Assembly (NCBI RefSeq): GCF_053078305.1
Contig: NZ_CP166879.1
Reading direction: 5' to 3' (one strand)
DNA length: 64,000 nt
The translations under genes were made by a program, and so were the position numbers. This document shows, one piece after another, positions 48,225 through 59,599 of this stretch. The notes below the pieces were generated by a model that worked only from the letters and a program-made list of their open reading frames with translations, did not search any database and was not told the origin of the DNA. Positions within the stretch are counted from its first letter, which is position 1. Each line of letters starts with the position of its first letter.

Positions 48225-48959
48225 ATGCCCAAACTCGATCTAAACGCCCTGAACGAACTGCCGAAGGTAGATCGCATTCTGGCGCTGGCAGAAACTAACG
48301 CCCAACTGGAAAAACTGGACGCTGAAGGCCGCGTAGCCTGGGCGCTGGATAATCTGCCCGGTGAATATGTGCTTTCTTCCAGCTTCGGCATTCAGGCGGC
48401 GGTGAGCCTGCATCTGGTGAATCAGATTCGCCCGGATATTCCAGTGATCCTCACCGATACCGGTTACTTGTTCCCGGAAACCTACCGCTTTATTGACGAG
48501 TTAACGGACAAACTCAAGCTCAACCTGAAAGTGTACCGTGCTACCGAAAGCGCAGCCTGGCAGGAAGCACGCTACGGAAAACTGTGGGAACAGGGCGTTG
48601 AAGGCATTGAAAAGTACAATGACATCAACAAAGTCGAACCGATGAACCGGGCGCTGAAAGAACTTAACGCGCAAACGTGGTTTGCTGGCCTGCGCCGCGA
48701 ACAATCCGGCAGCCGCGCCAATTTACCGGTGCTGGCAATTCAGCGTGGCGTATTTAAAGTGCTGCCGATTATCGACTGGGATAACCGAACTATTTATCAG
48801 TACCTGCAAAAACATGGCCTTAAATATCACCCATTATGGGATGAAGGATATTTATCGGTTGGTGATACCCATACAACCCGTAAATGGGAACCCGGCATGG
48901 CTGAAGAAGAAACGCGTTTCTTTGGCTTAAAAAGGGAATGTGGGTTACACGAAGGGTAA
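48225..48959 (+). CDS. cysH: Phosphoadenosine phosphosulfate reductase
   Basis: ATG at 48225 after GAGGA RBS gives 244 aa; upstream in-frame extension of the ORF-track call runs through the REP element and is not credible. Confidence 0.92.
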   Translation: MPKLDLNALNELPKVDRILALAETNAQLEKLDAEGRVAWALDNLPGEYVLSSSFGIQAAVSLHLVNQIRPDIPVILTDTGYLFPETYRFIDELTDKLKLNLKVYRATESAAWQEARYGKLWEQGVEGIEKYNDINKVEPMNRALKELNAQTWFAGLRREQSGSRANLPVLAIQRGVFKVLPIIDWDNRTIYQYLQKHGLKYHPLWDEGYLSVGDTHTTRKWEPGMAEEETRFFGLKRECGLHEG

Positions 48960-49223
48960 ATATTGCCGGATAAATTAAACGCCTCTGTCAGAAATGATGG
49001 GGGCGTTTTTATTTTGCGAGCAGCATTCCTGATTTTAAACGTGAACGCCGCTGGAAGAATTAACAGGTATAGAATGGTGTTGGGTGCTTGAGGCTGTCTG
49101 GCGTTAAGCATTCGCGAGGTTCCAGATGGACAAAAGCCCCAGGCGATATTTCTATCAACCTGAGGCCAGCGTTCGAACCTAAGCAATTCGAATGTTAGTC
49201 TCTTCTTTGCAGGGAGGCAAGAC

Positions 49224-49376
49224 ATGCTGACAAAATATGCCCTTGTGGCAATCATCGTACTGTGTTGTACAGTACTGGGATTCACGCTGATGGTAGGCGA
49301 CTCGTTGTGTGAGTTGAGTATCAGAGAACGTGGTATGGAGTTTAAGGCTGTTCTCGCTTACGAATCGAAGAAGTAG
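49224..49376 (+). CDS. hokX: Hok/Gef-family type I toxin (probable hokX)
   Basis: 50-codon ORF, not in the ORF track because under 60 aa; hydrophobic N-terminal TM segment plus conserved Hok C-terminal pattern (LCEL..R...EF.A.LAYESK); followed by a hairpin. Confidence 0.65.
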   Translation: MLTKYALVAIIVLCCTVLGFTLMVGDSLCELSIRERGMEFKAVLAYESKK

Positions 49377-49568
49377 CCACCACGCGGGGGTAAAACCCCG
49401 CGTATTGAATTGTGATGGTTTGGTCTCCTGCACCCTTTTTTAAATTTATATTTTTTATGTGAATATATTGTCTCTATTTATTATTATGAATTTCAAATGA
49501 AAATCATAAATTTATTCACAATATAAATGTTTTATTGGCTGATATATATCACAGATAATTTTTAAAAT

Positions 49569-52268
49569 ATGCGTAAATATCCTTTAAGTTTACTGAAGGA
49601 TAAAAATATTGTGACTTTCTTTGATTTCTGGGGAAAAACCCGACGCGACGAGAAAGAAGGGGGTGACGACTATCACCTTCTTTGCTGGCATTCGCTGGAT
49701 GTGGCCGCGATGGGCTATTTAATGGTTAAAAGAAATTGCTTCGGGCTGGCTGATTATTTTCGTCAATTAGGGATTTCTGACAAGGAACAGGCGGCTCAAT
49801 TTTTCGCCTGGTTGTTGTGCTGGCACGATATTGGAAAATTTGCCCGCTCATTTCAGCAACTTTACCTGCACCCACAACTCAAGGTTCTGGAAGGCGCAAG
49901 AAAGAATTACGAAAAGATCTCTCATTCAACGCTGGGCTACTGGTTGTGGCATCATTATTTAAGTGAATGCGAAGAATTGCTTCCTGCCTCTTCACTCTCT
50001 ACTCGCAAACTTAAACGTGTAATAGCGATGTGGATGCCCATGACTACCGGGCATCATGGTCGGCCCCCTGACCGTATTGATGAACTGGATAATTTTCTGC
50101 CTGAAGACAAAGCTGCCGCACGAGATTTTCTCCTTGAAATCAAGTCACTGTTTCCGCTCATAGAGATTCCCACATTCTGGGATGATGACGAGGGCGTTGA
50201 ACTTTTAAAACAACTTTCCTGGTATATCTCTGCAACAGTCGTACTCGCAGACTGGACGGGTTCGTCAACGCGATTTTTTCCACGCGTCGCACAGACAATG
50301 AATATTAAAGATTACTGGCAGAAAACTTTAGTTCAGGCTCAAAACGCCTTAACCGTCTTTCCTCCAAAAGCAGAAACCGCACCTTTCACCGGAATTAATA
50401 CGCTGTTTCCTTTTATTGAGCACCCGACACCATTACAGCAAAAGGTACTGGATCTGGATATCAGCCAGCCAGGGCCACAGTTATTTATTCTGGAAGATGT
50501 GACTGGCGCAGGTAAAACAGAAGCGGCGCTTATCCTGGCGCACAGGTTGATGGCTGAGAATAAAGCTCAGGGTTTGTTTTTTGGCCTGCCAACAATGGCA
50601 ACGGCCAATGCCATGTACGATCGGCTGGTCAAAACCTGGCTTGCTTTCTTTTCGCCAGAATCCCGCCCCAGCCTGGTGCTGGCACACAGCGCCCGTACAT
50701 TAATGGAACGCTTTAATGAATCACTCTGGTCCGGTGATTTAGTCGGGTCAGAAGAACCGGATGAACAAGCGTTCAGTCAAGGATGTGCAGCCTGGTTTGC
50801 CGACAGTAACAAGAAGGCTTTACTGGCTGAAATTGGCGTCGGCACGCTGGATCAGGCGATGATGGCAGTGATGCCGTTTAAACATAATAATCTGCGGCTT
50901 CTGGGGTTGAGTAACAAAATCCTGCTGGCTGATGAGATCCACGCCTGTGACGCTTACATGTCGTACATTCTTGAAGGGTTGATTGAGCGACAGGTGCGTG
51001 GCGGAAACAGCGTCATTTTGCTTTCTGCTACGTTATCTCAACAGCAGCGCGACAAACTTGTCGCCGCCTTTGCGCGTGGCACAGAGGGCCAGCAAGAAGC
51101 TCCGTTCCTGGAAAAGGATGATTACCCCTGGCTGACGCATGTCACGAAATCCGATGTGCATTCGCACCGGGTAGCGACGCGCAAAGACGTTGAGCGTAGC
51201 GTGAGCGTGGGTTGGCTTCATAGCGAACAAGAATGTATTGCGCGTATCGAATCAGCGGTAAGTCAGGGGAAATGCATCGCCTGGATCCGGAATTCTGTCG
51301 ATGACGCTATTAAGGTTTATCGTCAGTTACTTGCCCGCGGCGTCATTCCTGCTTCCAGCCTTTCACTTTTTCATAGCCGCTTTGCTTTTAGCGATCGCCA
51401 GCGAATTGAAACGGAAACGCTGGCACGCTTTGGTAAAAATTGTAGTTTAAAAAGATCATCTCAAGTCATTGTTTGTACACAAGTAATTGAGCAAAGTGTG
51501 GATATTGACCTGGACGAAATGATCTCCGACCTGGCCCCCATTGATTTGCTGATCCAGCGAGCGGGGCGATTACAACGGCATATTCGTGATATTAATGGTC
51601 AGTTAAAACGTGATGGAAAAGACGAGCGTTCCCCTCCTGAATTGCTGATTCTGGCCCCCGTCTGGGACGACTCTCCGGGTGACGAATGGTTTGGTAGTGC
51701 GATGCGTAACAGCGCATATGTCTACCCCGATCATGGGCGAATCTGGCTGACGCAGCGAGTATTGCGTGAGCAAGGCGCTATTCAGATGCCACACGCAGCC
51801 CGGCTTCTTATTGAATCCGTCTACGGTGAGGACGTGGTAATGCCGGAAGGATTTGCCCGCAGCGAGCAGGAGCAAGTGGGCAAATATTACTGCGATCGCG
51901 CAATGGCTAAAAAGTTTATGCTGAACTTCAGGCCCGGCTATGCCGCCAATATCAACGATTACCTCCCGGAAAAGCTGTCGACACGTCTGGCTGAAGAGTC
52001 TGTTTCCCTGTGGCTGGCTACCTGTATTGACGGTGTGGTGAAGCCTTATGCCAGCGGTGCTCACGCATGGGAAATGAGCGTTGCCAGAGTGCGTCGAAGC
52101 TGGTGGAAAAAACATCGGGATGAATTTTCTTTACTGGAAGGGGAAGCGTTCAGGCAGTGGTGCATTGAACAACGGCAAGATCCGGAGATGGCAAACGTGA
52201 TTTTAGTCACCGATGACGAAAGCTGCGGGTATTCGGCTACGGAAGGATTGATTGGCAAGGTTGATTGA
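49569..52268 (+). CDS. cas3: Cas3 HD nuclease / helicase (type I-E)
   Basis: 899 aa; HD motifs (HSLDVAA, HDIGK), Walker A (GAGKTEAA), DEAH-like box (LADEIHACD); preceded by AT-rich promoter region. Confidence 0.92.
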   Translation: MRKYPLSLLKDKNIVTFFDFWGKTRRDEKEGGDDYHLLCWHSLDVAAMGYLMVKRNCFGLADYFRQLGISDKEQAAQFFAWLLCWHDIGKFARSFQQLYLHPQLKVLEGARKNYEKISHSTLGYWLWHHYLSECEELLPASSLSTRKLKRVIAMWMPMTTGHHGRPPDRIDELDNFLPEDKAAARDFLLEIKSLFPLIEIPTFWDDDEGVELLKQLSWYISATVVLADWTGSSTRFFPRVAQTMNIKDYWQKTLVQAQNALTVFPPKAETAPFTGINTLFPFIEHPTPLQQKVLDLDISQPGPQLFILEDVTGAGKTEAALILAHRLMAENKAQGLFFGLPTMATANAMYDRLVKTWLAFFSPESRPSLVLAHSARTLMERFNESLWSGDLVGSEEPDEQAFSQGCAAWFADSNKKALLAEIGVGTLDQAMMAVMPFKHNNLRLLGLSNKILLADEIHACDAYMSYILEGLIERQVRGGNSVILLSATLSQQQRDKLVAAFARGTEGQQEAPFLEKDDYPWLTHVTKSDVHSHRVATRKDVERSVSVGWLHSEQECIARIESAVSQGKCIAWIRNSVDDAIKVYRQLLARGVIPASSLSLFHSRFAFSDRQRIETETLARFGKNCSLKRSSQVIVCTQVIEQSVDIDLDEMISDLAPIDLLIQRAGRLQRHIRDINGQLKRDGKDERSPPELLILAPVWDDSPGDEWFGSAMRNSAYVYPDHGRIWLTQRVLREQGAIQMPHAARLLIESVYGEDVVMPEGFARSEQEQVGKYYCDRAMAKKFMLNFRPGYAANINDYLPEKLSTRLAEESVSLWLATCIDGVVKPYASGAHAWEMSVARVRRSWWKKHRDEFSLLEGEAFRQWCIEQRQDPEMANVILVTDDESCGYSATEGLIGKVD

Positions 52269-52271
52269 GAT

Positions 52272-52323
52272 GCCCTGGCGTCGGATGACGCCAGGGCTTA
52301 TCCCCGCTGACGCGGGGAACAGG
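52272..52323. repeat. Perfect 11-bp hairpin followed by inverted orphan CRISPR-repeat-like sequence
   Basis: GCCCTGGCGTC-ggat-GACGCCAGGGC at 52272-52297; minus-strand reading of 52295-52323 is CCTGTTCCCCGCGTCAGCGGGGATAAGCC, 25 of 27 identical to the array repeat. Confidence 0.8.
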
Positions 52324-52718
52324 AACCAATTTTTGTATCTCACTAACTTGGTTAATCCCTAGAATCAGGGAATGGATTTATTTTATCAATGCTATTGTGA
52401 TTATGATAGATGGGTAATTGCTATGAGTTAATGAGAAACAAAAATTTTAAATAATGTCCGGATCCGGAGTTGAGTCACACCGTTACAAGGCGTATTTTCG
52501 TGACCGGTGAAAAGCTGCGGTGAAGAGGACTACGATGTTGTCGATTTTTTTGCTTCAACTTGTGCTAAGTCTGCTTTCAAAACGACAAACTAAGTTCGAT
52601 TTTCGTATCACATTCAACGTCTTTTCTTTTATCCGACTCAGATTAAGTCTCCAACTAAATCTGAAAATATGGTGATGGACAACCGACCAGGGATGGTCTT
52701 TTCTACGAGAGGATGCGT

Positions 52719-54281
52719 ATGAACTCGTTTTCACTTCTGACAACCCCGTGGTTGCCCGTTCGTTTTAAAGACGGAACGACAGGCAAACTGGCGCCAGTCG
52801 ATCTGGCTGATGAAAATGTTGTCGATATCGCTGCGCCACGAGCAGATCTCCAGGGAGCAGCATGGCAGTTTTTACTGGGGCTACTACAAACCAGTTTCGC
52901 GCCCAAAAATCATGGTCGTTGGGATGATATCTGGCAAGACGGACTGGAAGCCGAAAAGCTACGGGAAGCATTGCTGTCTTTAGAACATGCTTTCCAGTTT
53001 GGGCCAGATTCCCCTTCATTTATGCAGGATTTCGAGGCGCTCACGGGAGATAAAGTTCAGGTTGCTTCATTACTGCCTGAGATTCCCGGCGCTCAAACAA
53101 CGAAGTTTAATAAAGACCACTTTATTAAGCGTGGCGTGACTGAACACGTATGCCCTCATTGTTCCGCGTTAGCTCTGTTCTCCCTACAGTTAAATGCACC
53201 GTCAGGCGGCAAAGGCTACCGAACCGGTTTACGCGGCGGTGGGCCGATGACGACTCTGATTGAATTGCAGGAGTATCAGGGCAATCAACAAGCCCCCTTG
53301 TGGCGCAAACTGTGGCTCAACGTGATGCCGCAGGATGAAGCCGACTTACCGCTACCCAAAAAATTTGACGATCTGGTTTTCCCCTGGCTTGGCCCGACGC
53401 GTACCAGCGAACTGGCCGGTGCGGTGGTAACCGATGATCAGGTCAATAAACTCCAGGCGTACTGGGGAATGCCGCGGCGTATTCGTATTGATTTTAATAC
53501 CACGACAGTCGGCAACTGCGATATTTGCGGTGAGCAGGACGACGCGCTTCTGAGCCTGATGACGACCAAAAATTACGGTGCGAATTATGCCATGTGGCAG
53601 CATCCATTAACGCCTTACCGTGTACCACTTAAAGAGGGTGGCGAGTTTTACTCAGTTAAACCACAACCAGGCGGTTTAATTTGGCGCGACTGGTTAGGCC
53701 TTATCGAAACGGGTAAGTCAGAAAACAATACGGAACTTCCCGCTCTGGTGGTGAAACTCTTTAATGCCAGCAGTCTCAAGCAGGCAAAAGTAGGCCTATG
53801 GGGATTTGGCTATGATTTCGACAACATGAAAGCCCGCTGTTGGTACGAACACCGTTTCCCGCTGCTGCTCAATAAAAAAGAAGGCCAGATACCGAAACTG
53901 CGGCTGGCTGCGCAAACGGCTTCACGCATTCTAAGTCTGTTACGGAGTGCATTGAAAGAAGCATGGTTCTCCGATCCAAAAGGTGCACGGGGTGATTTCA
54001 GTTTTGTGGATATCGACTTCTGGAACAAAACTCAGCATCGCTTCCTGAGGTTAGTGCGCCAAATTGAAGAAGGTCAGGATGCGGATGAATTACTCAGCAA
54101 ATGGAATAAGGAGATTTGGTTATTCTCGCGTCAGGATTTTGACGAGCGTGTATTCACCAATCCTTATGAGCCCGTTGATTTAAAACGCGTCATGACCGCG
54201 CGCAAAAAATATTTTACAACATCGGCGGAGAAGCAAAATGCTAAAGCCGCCAGGGAGAAAAAGCAGGAGGCTGCTGAATGA
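52719..54281 (+). CDS. cse1: Cse1/CasA (Cas8e), Cascade large subunit
   Basis: About 520 aa first gene of Cascade operon; ATG 52719 has better RBS spacing than 52713; position between cas3 and cse2. Confidence 0.85.
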   Translation: MNSFSLLTTPWLPVRFKDGTTGKLAPVDLADENVVDIAAPRADLQGAAWQFLLGLLQTSFAPKNHGRWDDIWQDGLEAEKLREALLSLEHAFQFGPDSPSFMQDFEALTGDKVQVASLLPEIPGAQTTKFNKDHFIKRGVTEHVCPHCSALALFSLQLNAPSGGKGYRTGLRGGGPMTTLIELQEYQGNQQAPLWRKLWLNVMPQDEADLPLPKKFDDLVFPWLGPTRTSELAGAVVTDDQVNKLQAYWGMPRRIRIDFNTTTVGNCDICGEQDDALLSLMTTKNYGANYAMWQHPLTPYRVPLKEGGEFYSVKPQPGGLIWRDWLGLIETGKSENNTELPALVVKLFNASSLKQAKVGLWGFGYDFDNMKARCWYEHRFPLLLNKKEGQIPKLRLAAQTASRILSLLRSALKEAWFSDPKGARGDFSFVDIDFWNKTQHRFLRLVRQIEEGQDADELLSKWNKEIWLFSRQDFDERVFTNPYEPVDLKRVMTARKKYFTTSAEKQNAKAAREKKQEAAE

Positions 54282-54814
54282 GTATTGTAAAAGAGGAGCA
54301 CAAAGCCACGCTGCGTAAATGGCACGAAGAGTTGCAGGCTAAACGCGGCAATCGTGCCAGTCTGCGGCGTAGCACAACGGTTAATGATGTTTGCTTGTCA
54401 GAAGGGTTTCGTTCTCTGCTGATGCAGACCCACACTTTGTGGAAAATTGAAGCACAAGAGTGGCGTTTTACCGCACTGGCGCTGGTCGCCGCAGTTAGCG
54501 CCAATGTAAAAGCCATTGATGAACGGCAGCCTTTTGCCGCGCAGCTGGCGGCGGTAATGTCGGAGGGGCGTTTTACTCGCCTGTCGGCAGTAAAAACGCC
54601 GGATGATTTACTGCGTCAGTTACGTCGCGCGGTCAAATTATTAAACGGTTCCGTCAATCTTATCTCTTTGGCAGAAGATATTTTCCGCTGGTGCCAGGAG
54701 AGCGACGACCTGCTCAATCATCACCGCCGCCAGCAGCGGCCAACCGAATTTATCCGTATCCGCTGGGCACTGGAATATTACCAGGCTGGCGACGCCGATA
54801 ACGAACAAAATTAA
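54278..54814 (+). CDS. cse2: Cse2/CasB, Cascade small subunit
   Basis: 178 aa; ATGA overlap with cse1. Confidence 0.85.
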   Translation: MSIVKEEHKATLRKWHEELQAKRGNRASLRRSTTVNDVCLSEGFRSLLMQTHTLWKIEAQEWRFTALALVAAVSANVKAIDERQPFAAQLAAVMSEGRFTRLSAVKTPDDLLRQLRRAVKLLNGSVNLISLAEDIFRWCQESDDLLNHHRRQQRPTEFIRIRWALEYYQAGDADNEQN

Positions 54815-54828
54815 TAAAGGACTATCTC

Positions 54829-55884
54829 ATGACAACATTTATTCAGCTTCATTTGTTAACCGCTTACCCTGCTGCCAACCTTAACCGTGATGATACTGGT
54901 GCGCCAAAAACTGTGGTACTGGGTGGTGCAACGCGTCTGCGCGTTTCCTCACAAAGTCTGAAACGTGCGTGGCGCACTTCTGCACTTTTTGAACAGGCAC
55001 TGGCGGGCCATATTGGTATTCGCAGTGGGCGAATTGCGCGTGAGGCGGCAACTATCCTGATTGAGAAAGGAATCGAAGAGAAAAAAGCCATCGAATGGGC
55101 GGCAAAAATTGCGGATTATCTTGGGAAAGCTAAAAACGACAAAAAACCAAAAGATCCGCTCACTAACGCCGAAACTGAACAATTAGTTCATATCAGCCCG
55201 GCAGAATTTGACGCCGTAAAAGCGCTGGCCCATCAACTGGCAGAAGAAAAGCGCGCGCCAAAAGAGGAAGATCTCGCGTTGTTACGTAAAGACCGTATAG
55301 CGGTAGATATCGCTATGTTTGGTCGTATGCTGGCGAATAAACCTGAGTTTAATGTTGAAGCCGCCTGCCAGGTCGCGCATGCGTTTGGTGTCAGTGAAAC
55401 GATTGTCGAAGATGATTTTTTCACCGCCGTTGATGATTTGCGCCAGGCCTCTGAAGATGCCGGTGCCGGGCATCTCGGAGAAACCGGATTCGGTTCAGCA
55501 CTTTTCTACACCTATATCTGCATTGATAAAGATCTGCTGGTAGAAAACCTCGGCGGTGACGAAGCGTTAGCTAATCAGACCATACGCGCTTTTACGGAAG
55601 CCGCGCTTAAAGTTTCCCCAACCGGTAAACAAAATAGCTTTGCCAGCCGTGCCTACGCCTCCTGGGCGCTGGCGGAAAAAGGCACTGATCAACCGCGTTC
55701 TCTGGCGGCGGCTTTCTATGAACCCATTAATGGTACCCGTCAGTTAGATGTGGCGGTGCAGCGTATTACAACGCTTCGCGAAAACATGAATACGGTCTAC
55801 GAACAGAAGACTGAATGCGCAAGTTTTGACGTGATGAACAAACAGGGAAGCATGAAGGACGTACTGGACTTTATCTGCGCGTAA
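54829..55884 (+). CDS. cas7: Cas7e/CasC, Cascade backbone subunit
   Basis: 351 aa with LNRDD...RVSSQSLKRA N-terminal signature recalled from CasC. Confidence 0.88.
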   Translation: MTTFIQLHLLTAYPAANLNRDDTGAPKTVVLGGATRLRVSSQSLKRAWRTSALFEQALAGHIGIRSGRIAREAATILIEKGIEEKKAIEWAAKIADYLGKAKNDKKPKDPLTNAETEQLVHISPAEFDAVKALAHQLAEEKRAPKEEDLALLRKDRIAVDIAMFGRMLANKPEFNVEAACQVAHAFGVSETIVEDDFFTAVDDLRQASEDAGAGHLGETGFGSALFYTYICIDKDLLVENLGGDEALANQTIRAFTEAALKVSPTGKQNSFASRAYASWALAEKGTDQPRSLAAAFYEPINGTRQLDVAVQRITTLRENMNTVYEQKTECASFDVMNKQGSMKDVLDFICA

Positions 55885-55894
55885 GGGGCGGCTT

Positions 55895-56641
55895 ATGAGC
55901 CAATATCTGATTTTTCAGCTTCATGGGCCAATGGCATCCTGGGGCGTCGATGCCCCCGGCGAAGTGCGTCATACCCATGAACTGCCTTCGCGCTCAGCAT
56001 TGCTGGGTCTGCTGGCTGCCGGGGTAGGGATTCGGCGTGATGATACCGAACGCTTAAACGCGTTTAATCGCCACTATTCACTGGTGGTTTGCGCCAGCCG
56101 TAACCCGCGCTGGGCACGGGATTATCACACGATCCAGATGCCAAAAGAGGTGCGCAAAGCGCGTTATTTCAGCCGTCGCGAAGAGTTGAGCGACTCTGAT
56201 CTTCTGAGCGCGATTATCTCCCGGCGCGACTACTACACCGACGCCTGGTGGATGGTGGCGGTGGCAACAACAGCCGATGCGCCTTACAGCCTCGAACAGT
56301 TGCAGGGCGGTTTACGCCATCCAGTTTTTCCTCTTTATCTGGGGCGAAAAAGTCATCCGCTGGCATTACCACTTGCGCCGTTACTGCTCGAAGGCAACGC
56401 GTCTGATGTTTTACGTAACGCATACCAACAGTATCAGGATCATTTCCACGACCTGAAAGTCTCACTCCCGAAACTTCAGGATGAATGCTGGTGGGAAGGG
56501 GAGCACGACGGCCTGGTCGTGAGCAAAATATTACGCCGCCGGGATGTTCCTTTAAATCGCCAGCAGTGGCTGTTTGGGGAACGCACCGTCAATCAGGGGC
56601 CGTGGCTCAGCAAGGAGGAACCATGTACCTCTCAAGAATAA
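55895..56641 (+). CDS. cas5: Cas5e/CasD
   Basis: 248 aa; N-terminal L.GPM..WG motif typical of Cas5e. Confidence 0.85.
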   Translation: MSQYLIFQLHGPMASWGVDAPGEVRHTHELPSRSALLGLLAAGVGIRRDDTERLNAFNRHYSLVVCASRNPRWARDYHTIQMPKEVRKARYFSRREELSDSDLLSAIISRRDYYTDAWWMVAVATTADAPYSLEQLQGGLRHPVFPLYLGRKSHPLALPLAPLLLEGNASDVLRNAYQQYQDHFHDLKVSLPKLQDECWWEGEHDGLVVSKILRRRDVPLNRQQWLFGERTVNQGPWLSKEEPCTSQE

Positions 56642-57269
56642 CCTTACATACCGCTCAGCTTTTGCCTGCGCAGTTGCTGCATCTGGTGGATCGCGGTGAA
56701 TATGTGATGCATCAGTGGCTGTGGGATCTCTTCCCTGGCGGCAAAGAAAGGCAATTTCTTTATCGTCGGGAGGAACTTCAGGGTGCGTTTCGCTTTTTTG
56801 TCCTCTCGCAGGAACGCCCGGCGGAAAGTGAAACTTTCACTATCGAATGCCGGTCATTTGCTCCGGAGCTGCGTACCGGACAATCCCTTTGTTTCAACCT
56901 GCGGGCGAATCCCACAATTTGTAAAGCGGGCAAGCGCCACGATCTGCTGATGGAGGCGAAACGGCAGGTGAGGGGACAGGCGGAAGGGCGTGATGTCTGG
57001 TTGCATCAACAACAGGCGGCGCTGGACTGGCTGGCAGCGCAGGGGGAGAGAAGCGGTTTTACACTGCTGGATACCTCGGTTGATGCCTACCGACAACAGC
57101 AACTGCGGCGGGAAAACTCCCGGCAACTGATCCAGTTCAGTAGCGTGGATTATACGGGGATGCTTACGGTCACCGATCCCGGGTTATTTCTGCAACGTCT
57201 CAGTCAGGGGTATGGCAAAAGCCGCGCGTTCGGCTGTGGTCTGATGCTGATCAAACCCGGAGCAGAGGT

Positions 57270-57273
<4 letters not shown>
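56623..57273 (+). CDS. cas6e: Cas6e/CasE, crRNA endoribonuclease
   Basis: ATG at 56623 after AGGAGG RBS, 216 aa starting MYLSRI...; overlaps cas5 end by 19 nt; ORF track shows only a longer upstream-extended frame. Confidence 0.85.
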
Positions 57274-58483
<1,210 letters not shown>

Positions 58484-58579
58484 GTTATGTGTTCTTTAAA
58501 AATAAGGAAATGTTTGAATTTAGTTGGTAGATTGTTGATGTGGAATAAATTTGTTTAAAAACAGATATGTATGCTTAGT
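58484..58579 (+). promoter_or_regulatory. CRISPR leader for array 1
   Basis: AT-rich, contains AGTTGGTAGATTGT at 58522-58535, 45 nt upstream of first repeat. Confidence 0.8.
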
Positions 58580-59579
58580 GTGTTCCCCGCGCCAGCGGGG
58601 ATAAACCGGGGGGGCAATAATATGTGCGGCGGATCACCAGGTGTTCCCCGCGCCAGCGGGGATAAACCGTCGGAAAAATGGCTGGCCTCAACGGTGAAAA
58701 CGTGTTCCCCGCGCCAGCGGGGATAAACCGCCAGGGTGAAACTTTTCGCTGACGTAAATAAAGTGTTCCCCGCGCCAGCGGGGATAAACCGACAATCACA
58801 TATACGACGCGAGACGGAGATCGGTGTTCCCCGCGCCAGCGGGGATAAACCGTGATGGGCGAATACAAGCGCTGGCGCAACGAGGTGTTCCCCGCGCCAG
58901 CGGGGATAAACCCGGCATTCTTAACCGGCGCAACAAGGGGGGCGCGTGTTCCCCGCGCCAGCGGGGATAAACCGGTTAACTCCAGGTGGCGCGGCAGTGT
59001 TCAGAAGTGTTCCCCGCGCCAGCGGGGATAAACCGTGCTCTCATTTGTGTCGGCATCACTCGCGTCGGTGTTCCCCGCGCCAGCGGGGATAAACCGTCTG
59101 CCGCGAGCTGGTCTACGCCTACGCCATGGTGTTCCCCGCGCCAGCGGGGATAAACCGACATATGCCACAACCAGGCGAAGAAAAGTGTTCCCCGCGCCAG
59201 CGGGGATAAACCGCCCGTCACCGACGCGCAGTGGCGCTACCGTGAGTGTTCCCCGCGCCAGCGGGGATAAACCGGTCGCTGGGTTATTTTGTGTTGTGGG
59301 GCGATCGTGTTCCCCGCGCCAGCGGGGATAAACCGCTCATATTCGGATTGATCGTGTGTTTCGGTTTGTGTTCCCCGCGCCAGCGGGGATAAACCTGCGT
59401 ATATCTGTTGATGCGCACGGCGTGGCGGGTGTTCCCCGCGCCAGCGGGGATAAACCGAATGATTTAATACCAGACGCAGAGTGCCACACGTGTTCCCCGC
59501 GCCAGCGGGGATAAACCGGGCGCACTGGATGCGATGATGGATATCACTTAGAATTCCCCGCCCCTGCGGTAGAACACCC
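58580..59579 (+). CRISPR. CRISPR array, 17 repeats (GTGTTCCCCGCGCCAGCGGGGATAAACCG), 16 spacers
   Basis: 61-bp periodicity except one 56-bp unit (27-nt spacer at 59158-59184); degenerate terminal repeat GAATTCCCCGCCCCTGCGGTAGAACACCC at 59551-59579. Confidence 0.97.
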
Positions 59580-59599
59580 AGCTCCCATTTTCCAACCCA

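Noticed and set aside
58575-59525. Several 60-100 aa ORFs on both strands across CRISPR array 1 (and 32329-32532 across array 2)
   Set aside because: Their translations are periodic readings of the repeats (YPRWRGEH / SPLARGT / IPAGAGN motifs); artefacts of the array.
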